Source: Pseudomonadales bacterium
GTDB taxonomy: Bacteria > Pseudomonadota > Gammaproteobacteria > Pseudomonadales > UBA7434
Reading direction: 5' to 3'
NCBI GenBank assembly: GCA_965216795.1
Contig: OZ244196.1
Coordinates: 1,409,044-1,473,043 of the forward strand
Length of the DNA stretch: 64,000 bases
The position numbers were made by a program, and so were the translations under genes. Below, piece by piece: positions 46,934 through 59,064 of the stretch. How positions within the stretch are numbered: the stretch's first letter is position 1; each line of letters begins with the position of its first letter. Under the pieces are notes generated by a model. That model was given only the letters and a program-made list of their open reading frames with translations. It did not search any database and had not been told where the DNA came from.

Positions 46934-47833
46934 TCAGCCTGCACGCAGCACGTCTATGAGTGCGCGCACGGCCAATGGCGCAAGATCGCCATAAGCATGG
47001 ACCGCACAAACCGCCGTCGTCCGTGGCGCGTAGCGGGGCAGCAGCAGCACCAGCTCACCATCATCCACCCTCGATTGCACGTAATGAGGCGGGACTGTCG
47101 CAAACCCCACGTCGGTCCACATCAGGGTCTCAACGGCACCCATCGTATTCGCGACCGCGGCAGGCTTCAGCGTGATTGTTCTACGCTCACCACCCGGCCC
47201 ATGCAGCAGGTAAGAGGCGTCGGGCAGCTCCCAGGCATGCGCAACATAGGGCCAACTGGCCACCTCGTCGACGTCGTGAATGCTGGCCTCACTCGCGCCC
47301 TGGCTGGCGAGAAACGCAGGTGTCGCATAAAAAAACCCGGCGACTTCACCCACCCGCACGGCTTGATAACCGCCGTATTTGACGGGCGCCACGCACAGCG
47401 CGATGTCGATCTGGTGCTCGATCAGGTCCACCTGCTCATCGTCGACAATGATTTCCGGCTGCAGTAATGGGTAGCGCTTCAACAGTTGCGCCAGTGCCGG
47501 CGCGACCAGCTCGTCGAACACGGCCTGCGGCGCCAATACCCGCAGAATACCCGCTGGCGTTGCAAGCTGCTCACTGACTTCTTCCAACGCAATGGTCGAT
47601 AAATCACGCAGGGAAACACAGCGCATGAAGAACTGCTCACCCACAGGTGTCAGGCTCTGGCGACGGGTTGATCGTGCAAGCAATCGGGTACCCAGGTCGG
47701 CCTCAAGCCCACGCAAATGCTCACCAACGACCGAACGCCCTACCCCCAGCGCTTCGGCCGCCGCTGTTATCGATCCCGCCTCAACCACGGCAATAAATGC
47801 CTTGATACGCGTTGCCAGTAATTCGATTTGCAC
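46934..47833 (-). CDS. LysR family transcriptional regulator
   Basis: N-terminal wHTH FIAVVEAGSITAAAEALGVGRSVVGEHLRGLE. 299 aa. Divergent from the hydrolase gene at 48027. Confidence 0.9.
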   Translation of the reverse strand: MQIELLATRIKAFIAVVEAGSITAAAEALGVGRSVVGEHLRGLEADLGTRLLARSTRRQSLTPVGEQFFMRCVSLRDLSTIALEEVSEQLATPAGILRVLAPQAVFDELVAPALAQLLKRYPLLQPEIIVDDEQVDLIEHQIDIALCVAPVKYGGYQAVRVGEVAGFFYATPAFLASQGASEASIHDVDEVASWPYVAHAWELPDASYLLHGPGGERRTITLKPAAVANTMGAVETLMWTDVGFATVPPHYVQSRVDDGELVLLLPRYAPRTTAVCAVHAYGDLAPLAVRALIDVLRAG

Positions 47834-48026
47834 GGTTTTCCCCTACAAGCCTAACGCTTGCACCCCATTGATCATATCAATAGGAGCTGAGACCATAATC
47901 ACAGCAGGAATTCCATTGAGTATGCGTCGGCGCCGCTCGCCAGCAGTACGCCTGCGTTGAGGCCGCGCTGCGCAAACCCATGATTTTGATAAGGAAGCGT
48001 CTGCCAACGAACCAGAGGCTCACACC

Positions 48027-48818
48027 ATGAATACGGCATTACACAACGGTAAACATTTCACGCTGGTACACGCGAGCTGGATGGCCGCCTGGGAATGGCA
48101 AGCGGTTGCCAGTTCACTGCACGCTGCAGGCCATCGCTGCCTTGCGGTCGATTTGCCGGGGCGCGGCAGCAACCCCGCGAGCATCCCACAGGGGCAGCTC
48201 GCACTCGATGACTACGTCGACAGTATCGCCAGGCAATTGCTGCCGCTGGGCGAAAAGACCATTGTGGTTGCCCACGGCGGTAGCGGTATTGTGGCCTCCC
48301 AGCTCGCCGAGCACTGCCCCGAGCGCATCGAAGCAGCGGTTTACCTGGCCGGCCTGATGCTGGGAGACGGTGCTTCACTCGCCGCCACCTGCAGTGGCAT
48401 TACGACCTCGGCGGTGGTCAATAACCTGCGTTTTTCAGGTGATGGCCTGACGGTCGAACTGGATCGCGGTATCGCTCACCAGGCATTCGCAGCCGATGTC
48501 GATAAGGCGCACTTTGAAAAACTGACTCACGAGCTCACGGCCGAGCCCACGGCATTGATGAAAACAACGCTGTCGCTCAGCGATTCGCGCTATGGCACAG
48601 TGCCCCGCTACTACATTGAGTGCACCCGCGACAACGTGGTGCCCATTGGGTTCCAGCAGGCGATGGCCATGGCACAGACGCTTGAAGCGTACTACACAAT
48701 GGATTCAAGCCACGCACCCATGCTTTCGCAACCTGATGAGCTCTGCGATATTCTCGAAGATATTGCCAAGCACCGGTCGCATTCTGGCACTGCCGACAAC
48801 CGCCGCACGGCGCGCTAA
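48027..48818 (+). CDS. Alpha/beta fold hydrolase (esterase-like)
   Basis: HFTLVHASWMAAWEWQ opening, as in methylesterase-type alpha/beta hydrolases. Nucleophile-elbow-like VVAHGGSGIV. 263 aa. Confidence 0.75.
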   Translation: MNTALHNGKHFTLVHASWMAAWEWQAVASSLHAAGHRCLAVDLPGRGSNPASIPQGQLALDDYVDSIARQLLPLGEKTIVVAHGGSGIVASQLAEHCPERIEAAVYLAGLMLGDGASLAATCSGITTSAVVNNLRFSGDGLTVELDRGIAHQAFAADVDKAHFEKLTHELTAEPTALMKTTLSLSDSRYGTVPRYYIECTRDNVVPIGFQQAMAMAQTLEAYYTMDSSHAPMLSQPDELCDILEDIAKHRSHSGTADNRRTAR

Positions 48819-48867
48819 GCTTGCACGGACCTCGACCGCCACCGGCGGCCAGGAGCCTTTCGGGCAT

Positions 48868-48897
48868 AAAAAAACCGGGCATGAATGCCCGGTTTTT
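48868..48897. terminator. Bidirectional rho-independent terminator between the hydrolase gene and rplQ
   Basis: AAAAAAA, CCGGGCAT, GA, ATGCCCGG, TTTTT: an 8-bp perfect stem flanked by an A-run and a T-run. Confidence 0.75.
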
Positions 48898-48926
48898 CGT
48901 ATTTGCAGCGCGTCTGGCGCCGAGAG

Positions 48927-49340
48927 TTAATCCTCGTCATCAAAATCATCGAAATCATCATCGAAATCGAAGCTATCAGCCTGCGGACGATCGACCAGCT
49001 CGACGTAGGCCATAGGCGCCTTGTCGCCGGTGCGATAGCCGCACTTGAGTATGCGCACATAGCCGCCAGGGCGCGACTCATAGCGAGGGCCAATTTCGCT
49101 AAACAGCTTGCCAACGGCAGCCTTGTCGCGCATGCGCGAAAAGGCGAGCCGGCGGTTGGCGACGCTGTCCTGCTTGGCCAGCGTAATCAACGGCTCGGCG
49201 TGACGACGGAGCTCTTTTGCTTTTGGCAGCGTGGTGCGAATGAGTTCGTGCTCGATCAACGAGCAGGTCATATTGCGAAACATCGCCTTGCGGTGCGATG
49301 AGTTGCGGTTTAGCTGTCTGCCACTGTGACGATGGCGCAT
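48927..49340 (-). CDS. rplQ: 50S ribosomal protein L17 (with an acidic Asp/Phe C-terminal tail)
   Basis: [24 protein letters not shown] is the canonical L17 opening. Last gene of the alpha operon. Confidence 0.97.
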   Translation of the reverse strand: MRHRHSGRQLNRNSSHRKAMFRNMTCSLIEHELIRTTLPKAKELRRHAEPLITLAKQDSVANRRLAFSRMRDKAAVGKLFSEIGPRYESRPGGYVRILKCGYRTGDKAPMAYVELVDRPQADSFDFDDDFDDFDDED

Positions 49341-49385
49341 GGTTCTATCCTGCTATGTATAAGTTGTTGTCTATGTGTACGGGCG

Positions 49386-50387
49386 CTAGGCGAGGATCTT
49401 GTCGTCGCTGCGCAGGCTGGCCGGCGGCCAGTTATCCAGTCGCAGACCCAGTGACAGCCCACGTGAGGCCAGCACATCCTTGATTTCGGTCAGCGACTTC
49501 TTGCCCAGGTTTGGCGTCTTGAGCAGCTCGACTTCGGTTCGCTGCACCAGGTCGCCAATGTAGTAAATGTTCTCTGCCTTCAGGCAGTTTGCCGAACGCA
49601 CGGTCAGCTCCAGATCGTCAACCGGGCGCAGCAGAATCGGGTCGATCTCCTCTTCCTGCTTGGCTGGCTCCAGCTCTTTCTCGCCTTCAAGGTCGACAAA
49701 CACGGCCAGCTGCTGCTGCAGAATCGTCGCGGCGCGACGGATCGCCTCCTCAGAGTCCAGCGTACCGTTGGTCTCCAGGTCGATCACCAGCTTGTCGAGG
49801 TCGGTGCGCTGCTCTACCCGCGCACTATCGACAACATAGGATACGCGACGAACCGGGCTGTAAGAGGCATCGAGCTGTAAGCGGCCGATCGCCTTGGTTT
49901 CTTCTTCATCGGTCTCACGCGCGTCGACAGGCTGGTAGCCGCGACCGGTTGAGACAGTCAGCTTCATCGACAGCTGGCCAGCATCGTTCAAATGCGCAAT
50001 CACGTGCTCGGGGTTCTTGATCTCCACCTCGTGATCAGTCTGGATATCGCCCGCAGTGACCACACCTGGGCCCTGCTTGCTCAACGTCAGCACTGTCGAC
50101 TCACGGTCATTCAGCACAATCGCCACGCCCTTCAGGTTGAGCAGGATCTCAATAACGTCTTCCTGCACACCCTCAATCGCGCTGTACTCGTGCAGCACGC
50201 CATCAATTTCTACTTCGCTGATCGCTGCGCCTGGCATGGAAGAGAGCAGGATCCGACGCAGGGCATTGCCCAGCGTGTGGCCAAAACCGCGCTCCAATGG
50301 CTCGAGCGTAATTTTGGCTCGCGTTTCGCTTACTTCATCAACTTCGATTAAACGGGGAGTGAGAAATTCGCTGCCTGCATTAAGCAT
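49386..50387 (-). CDS. rpoA: DNA-directed RNA polymerase subunit alpha
   Basis: 333 aa. [23 protein letters not shown]. Confidence 0.98.
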   Translation of the reverse strand: MLNAGSEFLTPRLIEVDEVSETRAKITLEPLERGFGHTLGNALRRILLSSMPGAAISEVEIDGVLHEYSAIEGVQEDVIEILLNLKGVAIVLNDRESTVLTLSKQGPGVVTAGDIQTDHEVEIKNPEHVIAHLNDAGQLSMKLTVSTGRGYQPVDARETDEEETKAIGRLQLDASYSPVRRVSYVVDSARVEQRTDLDKLVIDLETNGTLDSEEAIRRAATILQQQLAVFVDLEGEKELEPAKQEEEIDPILLRPVDDLELTVRSANCLKAENIYYIGDLVQRTEVELLKTPNLGKKSLTEIKDVLASRGLSLGLRLDNWPPASLRSDDKILA

Positions 50388-50496
50388 ATCGTTACCTGTC
50401 GTTGATAAACTGGATCCGGCCGCGTCGGCCGGCGGTAAACTGCTCGCAAGACAATCCGGCCCAGCCCGGCTGTCCTGCGGCGGCTAATATCGTCTG

Positions 50497-51117
50497 TTAC
50501 TTCGAGTACAGCTCGACAATCAAACTTTCGTTGATCTCTGAGGGGAGATCTGCCCTTTCCGGAACCGCCTTGAACGTCCCTTCGAATTTCGACTCATTCA
50601 CATCGATCCAGTCGACGTAGCCGCGCTGCGCTGCCAGCGACATAGCCGCCTGGACCCGCAGCTGCTTGCGCGCTTTTTCACGCACTGTGATCACATCGCC
50701 CGCCTGCACCTGGTAGGAGGCAATGTTCACAACCTGGTCATTGACCATGATCGAGCGATGCGAGACCAGCTGGCGAGCTTCGGCACGCGTAGCACCGAAG
50801 CCAATGCGGTATACGACGTTGTCGAGGCGGCTTTCAAGCATCTGCAGCAGGTTCTCACCCGTTGCACCCTTCTGGCGAGCGGCCTTCTTGTAGTAGTTGC
50901 GAAACTGCTTCTCGAGCACACCGTAGATGCGGCGGACTTTCTGCTTTTCACGCAGCTGTACGCCGTAGTCAGACAGGCGGCCTCGTCGGGCGCCATGCAC
51001 ACCGGGTGCTGCTTCGGGCTTGCATTTGCTGTCCAGCGCGCGCACACCACTTTTGAGGAACAGGTCAGTGCCTTCACGACGAGCCAGCTTACAGGTTGGG
51101 CCTAGATAACGAGCCAT
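50497..51117 (-). CDS. rpsD: 30S ribosomal protein S4
   Basis: [24 protein letters not shown]. Confidence 0.98.
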   Translation of the reverse strand: MARYLGPTCKLARREGTDLFLKSGVRALDSKCKPEAAPGVHGARRGRLSDYGVQLREKQKVRRIYGVLEKQFRNYYKKAARQKGATGENLLQMLESRLDNVVYRIGFGATRAEARQLVSHRSIMVNDQVVNIASYQVQAGDVITVREKARKQLRVQAAMSLAAQRGYVDWIDVNESKFEGTFKAVPERADLPSEINESLIVELYSK

Positions 51118-51148
51118 ATTTGCTTACCTTGAGTTCTCTTTGGGCGAC

Positions 51149-51541
51149 TTATACGCGACGCTTTTTGGGTGGACGGCAACCGTTGTGTGGAATCGGCGTC
51201 ACATCCGTAATACTGTTAATGTTGTAGCCACAGGCATGCAATGCACGCACCGCCGACTCACGACCGGGCCCCGGGCCCTTGACTTCTACATCGAGATTTT
51301 GCAGCCCGTATTCCTTGGCAGCATTGCCGGCGCGCTCGGAAGCGACCTGCGCGGCAAATGGCGTACTCTTGCGCGAGCCACGAAAACCCGACCCACCCGC
51401 GGTGGCCCAGGCAAGCGCATTGCCCTGGCGATCGGTGATCGTAATAATCGTGTTGTTAAACGAAGCGTGGATATGCGCCACGCCATCAGCGACAGTCTTT
51501 TTGACTTTCTTGCGAGAAGACTGTGATGAAGGTTTTGCCAT
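51149..51541 (-). CDS. rpsK: 30S ribosomal protein S11
   Basis: [24 protein letters not shown]. Confidence 0.98.
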   Translation of the reverse strand: MAKPSSQSSRKKVKKTVADGVAHIHASFNNTIITITDRQGNALAWATAGGSGFRGSRKSTPFAAQVASERAGNAAKEYGLQNLDVEVKGPGPGRESAVRALHACGYNINSITDVTPIPHNGCRPPKKRRV

Positions 51542-51579
51542 GGTATTTAACCTGTTGTATGCCTGCTTGGTATTCCGAC

Positions 51580-51936
51580 TTACTTACGAATTGGCTTGCG
51601 AGGGCCCTTGCGCGTGCGCGCGTTGGTCTTGGTTCGCTGGCCGCGCACCGGCAAATTTTTGCGATGGCGCAGGCCGCGGTAGCAACCCAGGTCGAGCAAA
51701 CGCTTGATATTCATCGACGTCTCGCGGCGCAGGTCACCCTCAACCGTCAGCTTTGAGACTTCATTACGCAGGCTATCGACCTCAGCTTCGGTCAGGCTGC
51801 TGATCTTGGTGGCAGGGTCGATACCCACCGCGTCACAAAGCTGTTGCGCGCGCGTGCGGCCCACACCATAGATGTAGGTCAGCGCAATTACCGCGTGCTT
51901 GTTATCAGGAATATTGATACCTGCGATACGAGCCAT
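51580..51936 (-). CDS. rpsM: 30S ribosomal protein S13
   Basis: [26 protein letters not shown]. Confidence 0.98.
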   Translation of the reverse strand: MARIAGINIPDNKHAVIALTYIYGVGRTRAQQLCDAVGIDPATKISSLTEAEVDSLRNEVSKLTVEGDLRRETSMNIKRLLDLGCYRGLRHRKNLPVRGQRTKTNARTRKGPRKPIRK

Positions 51937-52107
51937 ATGTTCTCCAGCGCCTCAGCGCCCTCTTTTGTCTTGCTTTAGCTACGCTATCTTGCTTTATCCG
52001 AAGCAGGTGATAGCTGGTCATTATTTGACCATCTTGTATTCAAACAGGCAAAAAGCCGGCCAGAATACTGTCTGGTCAACAAAAAATCAATTTCGCCAGC
52101 GCGAGCC

Positions 52108-52224
52108 CTAGCCCTGTCGCTGCTTGTGCCGCGGCTCAGCACTGCAGATAACCCGAACCGAACCGTTGCGGCGGATAATCTTGCAGTTGCGGCATATTTT
52201 CTTTACGGATGCTCTTACTTTCAT
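52108..52224 (-). CDS. rpmJ: 50S ribosomal protein L36
   Basis: Below the ORF-track size cutoff. My reverse translation gives [38 protein letters not shown] followed by a stop. Confidence 0.95.
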   Translation of the reverse strand: MKVRASVKKICRNCKIIRRNGSVRVICSAEPRHKQRQG

Positions 52225-52252
52225 CGTCTTTCTCTCCTGGCAGAATCCGCTG

Positions 52253-53587
52253 CTAGCGCGGGCTCAGGCCACTGCCTCCAAAATTCTTGAGATTGGCCTT
52301 CTTCATCACCGAGTCGTACTGATGCGACATCAGATGCGACTGGATCTGGGCCATGAAATCCATCACTACGACCACCACAATGAGCAGTGACGTCCCGCCG
52401 AGGTAAAACGGCACATTCGCGAAGACCTGCAAAAACTGTGGTAACAGGCATATACCTGCCATGTAGATCGAACCGAACATCGTCAAACGCGTCAACACGC
52501 CGTCGATATATTCGGCCGATTGCTTGCCCGGGCGAATACCCGGGATGAACGCCCCGGAACGCTTCAGGTTTTCTGCCACTTCATCGGGGTTAAACATCAA
52601 CGCTGTGTAGAAGAAGCAAAAGAAAATGATAAACACGGTGAACAGCAGTACGTTCAGCGGCTGGCCAGGGCTGATATACAGCGCGAGTTCCTGAAGCCAT
52701 TCACTGCCGCCCGATGACTGCCCGAACCACTGGGCGATAGAGGCGGGAAACAGCAGGATACTCGAGGCAAAAATCGCGGGAATAACACCCGCCATGTTCA
52801 CCTTCAGTGGCAAATGGCTGCTCTGGGCAGCAAACACTTTGCGGCCCTGCTGGCGTTTGGCATAGTTGACCGTAATTCGACGCTGGCCCCGCTCGATGCG
52901 AACGATGAAGAACACCAGAGCCACAGCCAGCAGCAAAATGCCGAACAGCAAAAGTGGGTTCATGGTGCCCTCGCGCGCCTGCTCCAGCGAGGTACCAATT
53001 GCCGAAGGCAAGCCTGCCACAATACCGGCGAAAATCAGCAAGCTAATGCCGTTACCAACGCCACGCTCAGTCACCTGCTCGCCCAGCCACATCAGGAACA
53101 CTGCACCGGTAACCAGCGATACGATCGCGGGAAGATAAAAGGCGATGCCGCTGGCGTAAGAAAGGCCCTGGTTCGCCAGGCCCGCTGACATACCCACCGA
53201 CTGCAGCAGCGCCAGTGCGACCGTCAGGTAACGCGTGTACTGGGTAATCTTGCGACGGCCCGACTCGCCCTCTTTTTTCAGCGCCTCCAGATAGGTGCTA
53301 ACCGAACTCATCAGCTGCATGATGATCGAGGCCGAAATATAGGGCATGATGCCCAGCGCCAGGATGCTCATGCGCTCGAGTGCACCACCGGAGAACATGT
53401 TGAACATACCCAGGATCGTACCCTGGTTCTGGTTAAACAGCTCAGCAAGGCGGTCGGGGTTAATCCCGGGCACAGGGATATGCGTCCCGATGCGGTAGAT
53501 CAGGATCGCCAACAGCACAAATCTCAGTCGAGCCCAAAGCTCACTGAGACCTGTTTGCCTGTTTGGTAGTAGACCTGGCTGCGCCAT
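52253..53587 (-). CDS. secY: Preprotein translocase subunit SecY
   Basis: 444 aa, 10 [17 protein letters not shown]. Confidence 0.98.
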   Translation of the reverse strand: MAQPGLLPNRQTGLSELWARLRFVLLAILIYRIGTHIPVPGINPDRLAELFNQNQGTILGMFNMFSGGALERMSILALGIMPYISASIIMQLMSSVSTYLEALKKEGESGRRKITQYTRYLTVALALLQSVGMSAGLANQGLSYASGIAFYLPAIVSLVTGAVFLMWLGEQVTERGVGNGISLLIFAGIVAGLPSAIGTSLEQAREGTMNPLLLFGILLLAVALVFFIVRIERGQRRITVNYAKRQQGRKVFAAQSSHLPLKVNMAGVIPAIFASSILLFPASIAQWFGQSSGGSEWLQELALYISPGQPLNVLLFTVFIIFFCFFYTALMFNPDEVAENLKRSGAFIPGIRPGKQSAEYIDGVLTRLTMFGSIYMAGICLLPQFLQVFANVPFYLGGTSLLIVVVVVMDFMAQIQSHLMSHQYDSVMKKANLKNFGGSGLSPR

Positions 53588-53620
53588 GGTTTAACTCGAT
53601 ACCGTTACGTTAAATGTTGC

Positions 53621-54076
53621 TTACTCGGGAACAGCTTCGACGCTGCCACCCGCTGCTTCGATTGCCGCTCGCGCGCCTTTTGACACACGCAAGCCCTCAA
53701 CCTTCACAGCCTTGTTCAATTCACCCTGCAGGAATACCTTCGCCTGCAGGCTGCGTGCGCCAATCAGGCCCGCTGCCTTCAGCGTTTCCAGGTTGACGAC
53801 ATCACCATCTACCAAACCCAGGGAGCCAGTGCGAACCTGCGCAGAAAATCGACCAATGCGCGATGTAAAACCGTATTTTGGCAGGCGCTTCTGCAGGGGC
53901 ATCTGGCCGCCCTCGAAACCCGGGCGAACACGGCCACCCGAACGCGACTTCTGGCCCTTGTGGCCGCGGCCACAGGTCTTGCCCAAACCGCTGCCAATAC
54001 CGCGACCGACGCGCTTGGCGCGGCTACGCTGGCCTTCGCCGGCGGCAATCGTATTGAGGCGCATTTTTTCGCTCAT
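53621..54076 (-). CDS. rplO: 50S ribosomal protein L15
   Basis: [11 protein letters not shown]...[13 protein letters not shown]. The start may be the second ATG at 54064. Confidence 0.95.
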   Translation of the reverse strand: MSEKMRLNTIAAGEGQRSRAKRVGRGIGSGLGKTCGRGHKGQKSRSGGRVRPGFEGGQMPLQKRLPKYGFTSRIGRFSAQVRTGSLGLVDGDVVNLETLKAAGLIGARSLQAKVFLQGELNKAVKVEGLRVSKGARAAIEAAGGSVEAVPE

Positions 54077-54081
54077 GATGT

Positions 54082-54267
54082 CTATTCCTCGATGCTCACC
54101 AGGTAATTGACGCGGTTAATCATGCCGCGCACGCTGGGCGTATCTTCTACTTCAACCACATGGCCAATTCGACGCAGTCCAAGACCACGCAAACAGGCTT
54201 TATGCGACTTCAGGCGACCCGAACTACTGCGAGTCTGCTTGACCTTGATGGTTTTATCAGCCGCCAT
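54082..54267 (-). CDS. rpmD: 50S ribosomal protein L30
   Basis: 61 aa. [30 protein letters not shown]. Confidence 0.97.
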   Translation of the reverse strand: MAADKTIKVKQTRSSSGRLKSHKACLRGLGLRRIGHVVEVEDTPSVRGMINRVNYLVSIEE

Positions 54268-54318
54268 GATGTTGTAACTCCAGTTTCAATCTGTCTTCAA
54301 TCAGCCTGTACAGGGGCG

Positions 54319-54828
54319 CTAGGCGCGAACCTCTGCAACAGATTTGCCACGCTTGGCCGCGATGTCTTCGGGCGAACGCATCTCGGCAAGGCCCTTGATC
54401 GTCGCGCGAACCACATTAACGGGGTTAGTTGAGCCGTAACACTTGGCCAGTACATTGTGAACGCCTGCGACTTCGAGTACCGCACGCATGGCGCCGCCAG
54501 CGATAACACCCGTACCTTCAGATGCAGGCTGCATGTAGACCTTGGATGCGCCATGCACTGCACGTACCGGGTACTGCAAGGTGCCGTCCGCAAGCTCTAC
54601 GCTGACCATATTGCGACGCGCTGCTTCCATCGCTTTCTGGATAGCGACCGGCACTTCACGCGCTTTTCCACGACCGAAGCCCACTTTGCCGTTACCGTCG
54701 CCAACGACAGTCAGCGCCGTGAAACCGAAAATGCGGCCACCCTTCACTACCTTCGCAACGCGATTGACCTGCACAAGCTTCTCTTGCAGGCCTTCTTCGT
54801 TATCTCTGTTTTGATCGTTAAACGCCAT
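54319..54828 (-). CDS. rpsE: 30S ribosomal protein S5
   Basis: [29 protein letters not shown]. Confidence 0.98.
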   Translation of the reverse strand: MAFNDQNRDNEEGLQEKLVQVNRVAKVVKGGRIFGFTALTVVGDGNGKVGFGRGKAREVPVAIQKAMEAARRNMVSVELADGTLQYPVRAVHGASKVYMQPASEGTGVIAGGAMRAVLEVAGVHNVLAKCYGSTNPVNVVRATIKGLAEMRSPEDIAAKRGKSVAEVRA

Positions 54829-54869
54829 TTTCCAGCTACCTTAGAACAGCTATCTCATTAACAGCCAAT

Positions 54870-55220
54870 TTAAAATTGCAGGCCTGCTTCGCGCGCGGCA
54901 TCTGCCAGCGCCTTTACCCGGCCATGAAACTTGTAACCGCTGCGATCGAAAGACACATTTTCGACGCCAGCCGCCTTTGCACGCTCGGCAATCAGCGCGC
55001 CTACTTTTTGCGCCGCCTCAACGTTACCAGTCGCGCCTTCACGGATCGACTTATCCAGAGTTGAAGCCGATGCCAAAACGCGATCGCCCGCCGCAGAAAT
55101 CACCTGCGCGTAGATGTGGCGCGGTGTGCGGTTAACAGTGAGACGCTCGCTGCCCAGCTCGCGAATCTTGACGCGGCTGCGTTTTGCTCGTCGCAATCGT
55201 GCCTGTTTCTTGTCGCTCAT
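54870..55220 (-). CDS. rplR: 50S ribosomal protein L18
   Basis: [16 protein letters not shown] ... [21 protein letters not shown]. Confidence 0.98.
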   Translation of the reverse strand: MSDKKQARLRRAKRSRVKIRELGSERLTVNRTPRHIYAQVISAAGDRVLASASTLDKSIREGATGNVEAAQKVGALIAERAKAAGVENVSFDRSGYKFHGRVKALADAAREAGLQF

Positions 55221-55280
55221 CGTTAAAACCTGCTGTCTTTTACCAATCTATAAAATAGGGCTATCCAGAACCTGGCTAAC

Positions 55281-55814
55281 CTACTTTTTCTTCGCCTCTT
55301 TGCGGCGAACATACTCGTCAGCGTATCGTACGCCCTTGCCTTTATAGGGCTCGGGCGGCCGAAATGCGCGAATCTCTGCTGCCGCCTGGCCAACTTGCTG
55401 CTTGTCGATACCCTTCAGCACGATTTCGGTTTGACTAGGCGTCTCTGCTGTCACGCCTTCTGGCAACTCGTAATCGATAGGGTGCGAGAAGCCCAGCGTC
55501 AGGTTAAGCGACTTACCAGAGGCCTTGGCCCTGTAGCCAACGCCATTAAGTTCGAGTTTCTTCTCGAAACCGTCAACCACGCCAGTCACCATATTGTTAA
55601 CCAGCGAGCGGAAAGTGCCTGAAAGCGCCAGCGACTGCTTGCTCTTGTCGCGCGCCGCGAACTTCAGCTCACCATCGTCGAGGCTGACCTCAACGAGCCG
55701 GTGCACATCAAGCTCCAGAGTGCCTTTCCCGCCCTTAACCGCAAGATGCTGCCCATCGATTTTGACTTCAACGCCCGATGGGACTGCTACTGGATTATTT
55801 GCTATTCGAGACAT
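55281..55814 (-). CDS. rplF: 50S ribosomal protein L6
   Basis: [22 protein letters not shown]. Confidence 0.98.
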   Translation of the reverse strand: MSRIANNPVAVPSGVEVKIDGQHLAVKGGKGTLELDVHRLVEVSLDDGELKFAARDKSKQSLALSGTFRSLVNNMVTGVVDGFEKKLELNGVGYRAKASGKSLNLTLGFSHPIDYELPEGVTAETPSQTEIVLKGIDKQQVGQAAAEIRAFRPPEPYKGKGVRYADEYVRRKEAKKK

Positions 55815-55885
55815 ATCTAATCTCTCAACAACCTTAAAAACTTCTACCTAACGACTTAACTTGCAAAAACCGGCCTTGGCCAGGA

Positions 55886-56281
55886 TTAAAAAACCGTGCA
55901 GAGTACTTCGCCACCTACACCCGCTTCGCGAGCCTGCTTGTCGGTCATAACCCCTTTATTTGTCGATACGACTGCAACGCCGAGGCCGCCGCGCACACGC
56001 GGAAGATCGTCCTTGCCCGCATAGGCACGCAAGCCAGGCCGGCTGGCGCGATGCAGCTCCTCAATGACTGGACGCCCATCGAAGTACTTCAGGTCAATCG
56101 AGAGTTCGGGCTTACCGTCGTTGTCATCGACGCGAACCGACTCCACGAAGCCTTCCTGAGCCAGCACATTGGCAATTGCGACCTTGGTCTTTGACGAAGG
56201 CATCGACACCGAGACTTTCTCGGCCATCTGCGCATTGCGAATGCGTGCCAGCATATCGGCGATGGGATCCTGCATGCTCAT
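55886..56281 (-). CDS. rpsH: 30S ribosomal protein S8
   Basis: [20 protein letters not shown]. Confidence 0.98.
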   Translation of the reverse strand: MSMQDPIADMLARIRNAQMAEKVSVSMPSSKTKVAIANVLAQEGFVESVRVDDNDGKPELSIDLKYFDGRPVIEELHRASRPGLRAYAGKDDLPRVRGGLGVAVVSTNKGVMTDKQAREAGVGGEVLCTVF

Positions 56282-56338
56282 AGGCGTTCTCTTCTACGTA
56301 TCTCTTCTATTCTGCTAGTTCAGTTTCTATTGCGGCAC

Positions 56339-56644
56339 TTACCAGCTGGCCTTAACCAGCCCAGGGACCTCGCCCTTCATTGCCGCTTCGCGAAGCTTGT
56401 TACGGCACAGGCCAAATTTGCGATAGACGCCGTGCGGACGACCAGTAATCTGGCACCGTCGCTGCTGGCGGCATCGGCTGGCATTGCGGGGCTGCTTTTG
56501 CAGCGCCATCTGGGCTTCCCACTTCTCTTCTTCGCTAGAATTGGGATCCAGAATTGTCTTCTTCAAAGCGGCTCGCTTTTCAGCGAACTTTGCTACGACC
56601 CTGGCGCGCTTCTTCTCACGCTCTATCATTGATCGCTTTGCCAT
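56339..56644 (-). CDS. rpsN: 30S ribosomal protein S14
   Basis: [14 protein letters not shown] ... [18 protein letters not shown]. Confidence 0.98.
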   Translation of the reverse strand: MAKRSMIEREKKRARVVAKFAEKRAALKKTILDPNSSEEEKWEAQMALQKQPRNASRCRQQRRCQITGRPHGVYRKFGLCRNKLREAAMKGEVPGLVKASW

Positions 56645-56664
56645 CGTTTAAGCCTCAGTACCTG

Positions 56665-57204
56665 TTAACCTTTAAAAGGAAAGTTGAACGCAGAAAGCAG
56701 CGCCCTGCCTTCTTCGTCGGTTCGCGCTGTCGTCGTAATCGCGATATCCAGCCCCCTGATAGTGTCGATCTTGTCGTAATCGATTTCGGGGAAAATAATC
56801 TGCTCGTTCACACCCATAGAAAAGTTGCCGCGGCCATCGAACGATTTGTTGCTGATGCCACGGAAATCGCGGATGCGCGGGATCGCTATCGACACCAGGC
56901 GATCAAGAAACTCATACATGCGCTCACGACGCAGGGTAACTTTGCAGCCAATAGGCCAGCCTTCACGCACCTTGAAGCCCGCAATCGATTTGCGAGCGCG
57001 GGTCACAACCACCTTCTGGCCCGCAATCTGCTCAAGGTTAGCCACAGCGTTCTCGAGAACCTTTTTGTCGCCCAGCGCCTCACCCACACCCATATTCAGG
57101 GTGATCTTGGTAATGCGTGGAACCTCCATACTGTTCTGGATACCAAGCTCCTGCTGAAGCTTGCCCGCCAGTTCGCTGTTGTAAAGTTCTTTTAACCTTG
57201 CCAT
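56665..57204 (-). CDS. rplE: 50S ribosomal protein L5
   Basis: [21 protein letters not shown] ... [10 protein letters not shown]. Confidence 0.98.
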   Translation of the reverse strand: MARLKELYNSELAGKLQQELGIQNSMEVPRITKITLNMGVGEALGDKKVLENAVANLEQIAGQKVVVTRARKSIAGFKVREGWPIGCKVTLRRERMYEFLDRLVSIAIPRIRDFRGISNKSFDGRGNFSMGVNEQIIFPEIDYDKIDTIRGLDIAITTTARTDEEGRALLSAFNFPFKG

Positions 57205-57254
57205 CGTCTTGTTCCAGTCGTATCTGCTATTACCGGCCCCGGGCCAGTTGGGAG

Positions 57255-57563
57255 CTAGACTTCAGCTCCATTTGACTTGAAATATCGCACTTTCTTGCCG
57301 TCTTCTTCACGGATACCAACGCGGCCGCCCTTGCCGGTCTCGGCGTTGTACAGCGCTACGTTAGAAATCTGCAGCGGCGCCTCCTGCTCAATAATGCCTC
57401 CTGGCTGGCCCGCCTGCGGGTTAGCCTTGGTGTGGCGTTTGACCATATTGACGCCAGACACGATAACGCGATTGGCGCCCACCAACTGCTGCACCTTGCC
57501 GCGCTTGCCTTTGTCTTTGCCGGCAATCACGATAACTTCGTCGTCGCTCTTGATCTTTTTCAT
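57255..57563 (-). CDS. rplX: 50S ribosomal protein L24
   Basis: [24 protein letters not shown]. Confidence 0.98.
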   Translation of the reverse strand: MKKIKSDDEVIVIAGKDKGKRGKVQQLVGANRVIVSGVNMVKRHTKANPQAGQPGGIIEQEAPLQISNVALYNAETGKGGRVGIREEDGKKVRYFKSNGAEV

Positions 57564-57627
57564 AACTTGCTGCTCGTAGGCAATCTTGTGTTTAGTTCTT
57601 TCCAGCCAGCTGAAATTGCCAGCCCCC

Positions 57628-57996
57628 TCAAAGCACCTCTGGCGCCAGGGAAATAATCTTCATAAAACGCTCGCTACGCAGTTCACGCGTAACAGGCCCA
57701 AAAATACGTGTGCCAACCGGCGCCATTGACTGGTTAAGCAGCACGGCTGCGTTGTCATCGAAGCGGATCAGCGAACCGTCAGAGCGACGCACGCCCTTTT
57801 TGGTACGCACAACAACCGCATTCATAACCTGGCCTTTCTTGACCTTGCCGCGCGGAATCGCTTCTTTGACGGTGACCTTGATAATGTCGCCGACGCGGGC
57901 GTACCGTCGGTGAGAGCCTCCCAACACCTTGATACACATTACCCTTCTTGCCCCGCTGTTATCGGCGACTTCAAGGTAGCTTTGCGTTTGAATCAT
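57628..57996 (-). CDS. rplN: 50S ribosomal protein L14
   Basis: [28 protein letters not shown]. Confidence 0.98.
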   Translation of the reverse strand: MIQTQSYLEVADNSGARRVMCIKVLGGSHRRYARVGDIIKVTVKEAIPRGKVKKGQVMNAVVVRTKKGVRRSDGSLIRFDDNAAVLLNQSMAPVGTRIFGPVTRELRSERFMKIISLAPEVL

Positions 57997-58092
57997 TGCC
58001 TTACTCCGAAACCCACTGCCTGTGCGACGTTAATATGCCAGCCACTAATGCCTGAATTCTTGCCCAAGAGACCCTGGTGCCGCCTGTGCGAC

Positions 58093-58359
58093 CTAGACCT
58101 CAACCGCTCGTTCCAAAATTTGCTCCAGCACCCAGGTCTTGGTTTTTGACAAGGGGCGAGACTCGCTGATTGCGACCGTGTCGCCAATGTTGCAGCTATT
58201 AGCCTCATCATGGGCATGCAACTTGGTCGAGCGCGTCATGTATTTGCCATAAAGCGCGTGCTTTACCCTGCGCTCAACCAGCACGGTAATAGTCTTGTCC
58301 ATCTTGTTACTGACAACTTTGCCAGTAATCTTGCGTACGACTTTTTCTTGGTCCGCCAT
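58093..58359 (-). CDS. rpsQ: 30S ribosomal protein S17
   Basis: [28 protein letters not shown]. Confidence 0.98.
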   Translation of the reverse strand: MADQEKVVRKITGKVVSNKMDKTITVLVERRVKHALYGKYMTRSTKLHAHDEANSCNIGDTVAISESRPLSKTKTWVLEQILERAVEV

Positions 58360-58379
58360 CGTCTAGTAGCCTTTGATAG

Positions 58380-58574
58380 TTACGCTTTCGCCTGCTGCTC
58401 ATTGAGCACAGTTTTCACCCGCGCGATATCGCGCTGGGTCGCCTGCAACAGATGCGTCTGGCCCAACTGGCCAGTCGCCTTTTGCGTTCGCAGCCTGAAT
58501 TGCTCTTCGAGCAACTCGTGCAGCATCTTGGTTAGCTCTTCGCCGGATTTGTCGCGCAGTTCTGCCGCTTTCAT
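58380..58574 (-). CDS. rpmC: 50S ribosomal protein L29
   Basis: [29 protein letters not shown]. Confidence 0.97.
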   Translation of the reverse strand: MKAAELRDKSGEELTKMLHELLEEQFRLRTQKATGQLGQTHLLQATQRDIARVKTVLNEQQAKA

Positions 58575-58987
58575 TACATCACCGTCCGCTTAACAAACGT
58601 CGTTGGCAATGGCAGCTTGGCCGCCGCCAGTGCAAATGCTTCGCGTGCCAGCTCTTCAGGCACACCCTCTACTTCGTACAGCACTTTGCCAGGGCAAACC
58701 TGGGCTACCCAGTACTCCACGTTACCCTTACCTTTGCCCTGACGAACTTCCAGCGGCTTCTCGGTAATTGGCTTATCAGGAAACACGCGGATCCAGATTT
58801 TGCCACCACGCTTGATGTGGCGCGTCATCGCACGACGCGCAGCCTCGATCTGGCGTGCTGTGATACGGCCGCGGCCAGTACATTTGAGGCCGTACTCGCC
58901 GAAGCTGACCTTACTGCCGCGATGCGCAAGACCACGGTTGCGGCCCTTCTGCACTTTGCGAAACTTGGTACGTTTTGGTTGTAACAT
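58574..58987 (-). CDS. rplP: 50S ribosomal protein L16
   Basis: [21 protein letters not shown]. Confidence 0.98.
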   Translation of the reverse strand: MLQPKRTKFRKVQKGRNRGLAHRGSKVSFGEYGLKCTGRGRITARQIEAARRAMTRHIKRGGKIWIRVFPDKPITEKPLEVRQGKGKGNVEYWVAQVCPGKVLYEVEGVPEELAREAFALAAAKLPLPTTFVKRTVM

Positions 58988-59064
58988 GAAACCAGACTCT
59001 CAATTACCTGTTCCAGCCCTTCGCGGTCAAGCCCGCGACCGGGCAGTTAATCAATCCTGTAAAA

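Noticed and set aside
58018-58092. 11-nt direct repeat GCCTGTGCGAC occurring twice (58018-58028 and 58082-58092) in the rpsQ-rplN spacer
   Set aside because: A back-of-envelope estimate gives on the order of one such nearby 11-mer repeat by chance in 64 kb of GC-biased sequence. There is no supporting structure.
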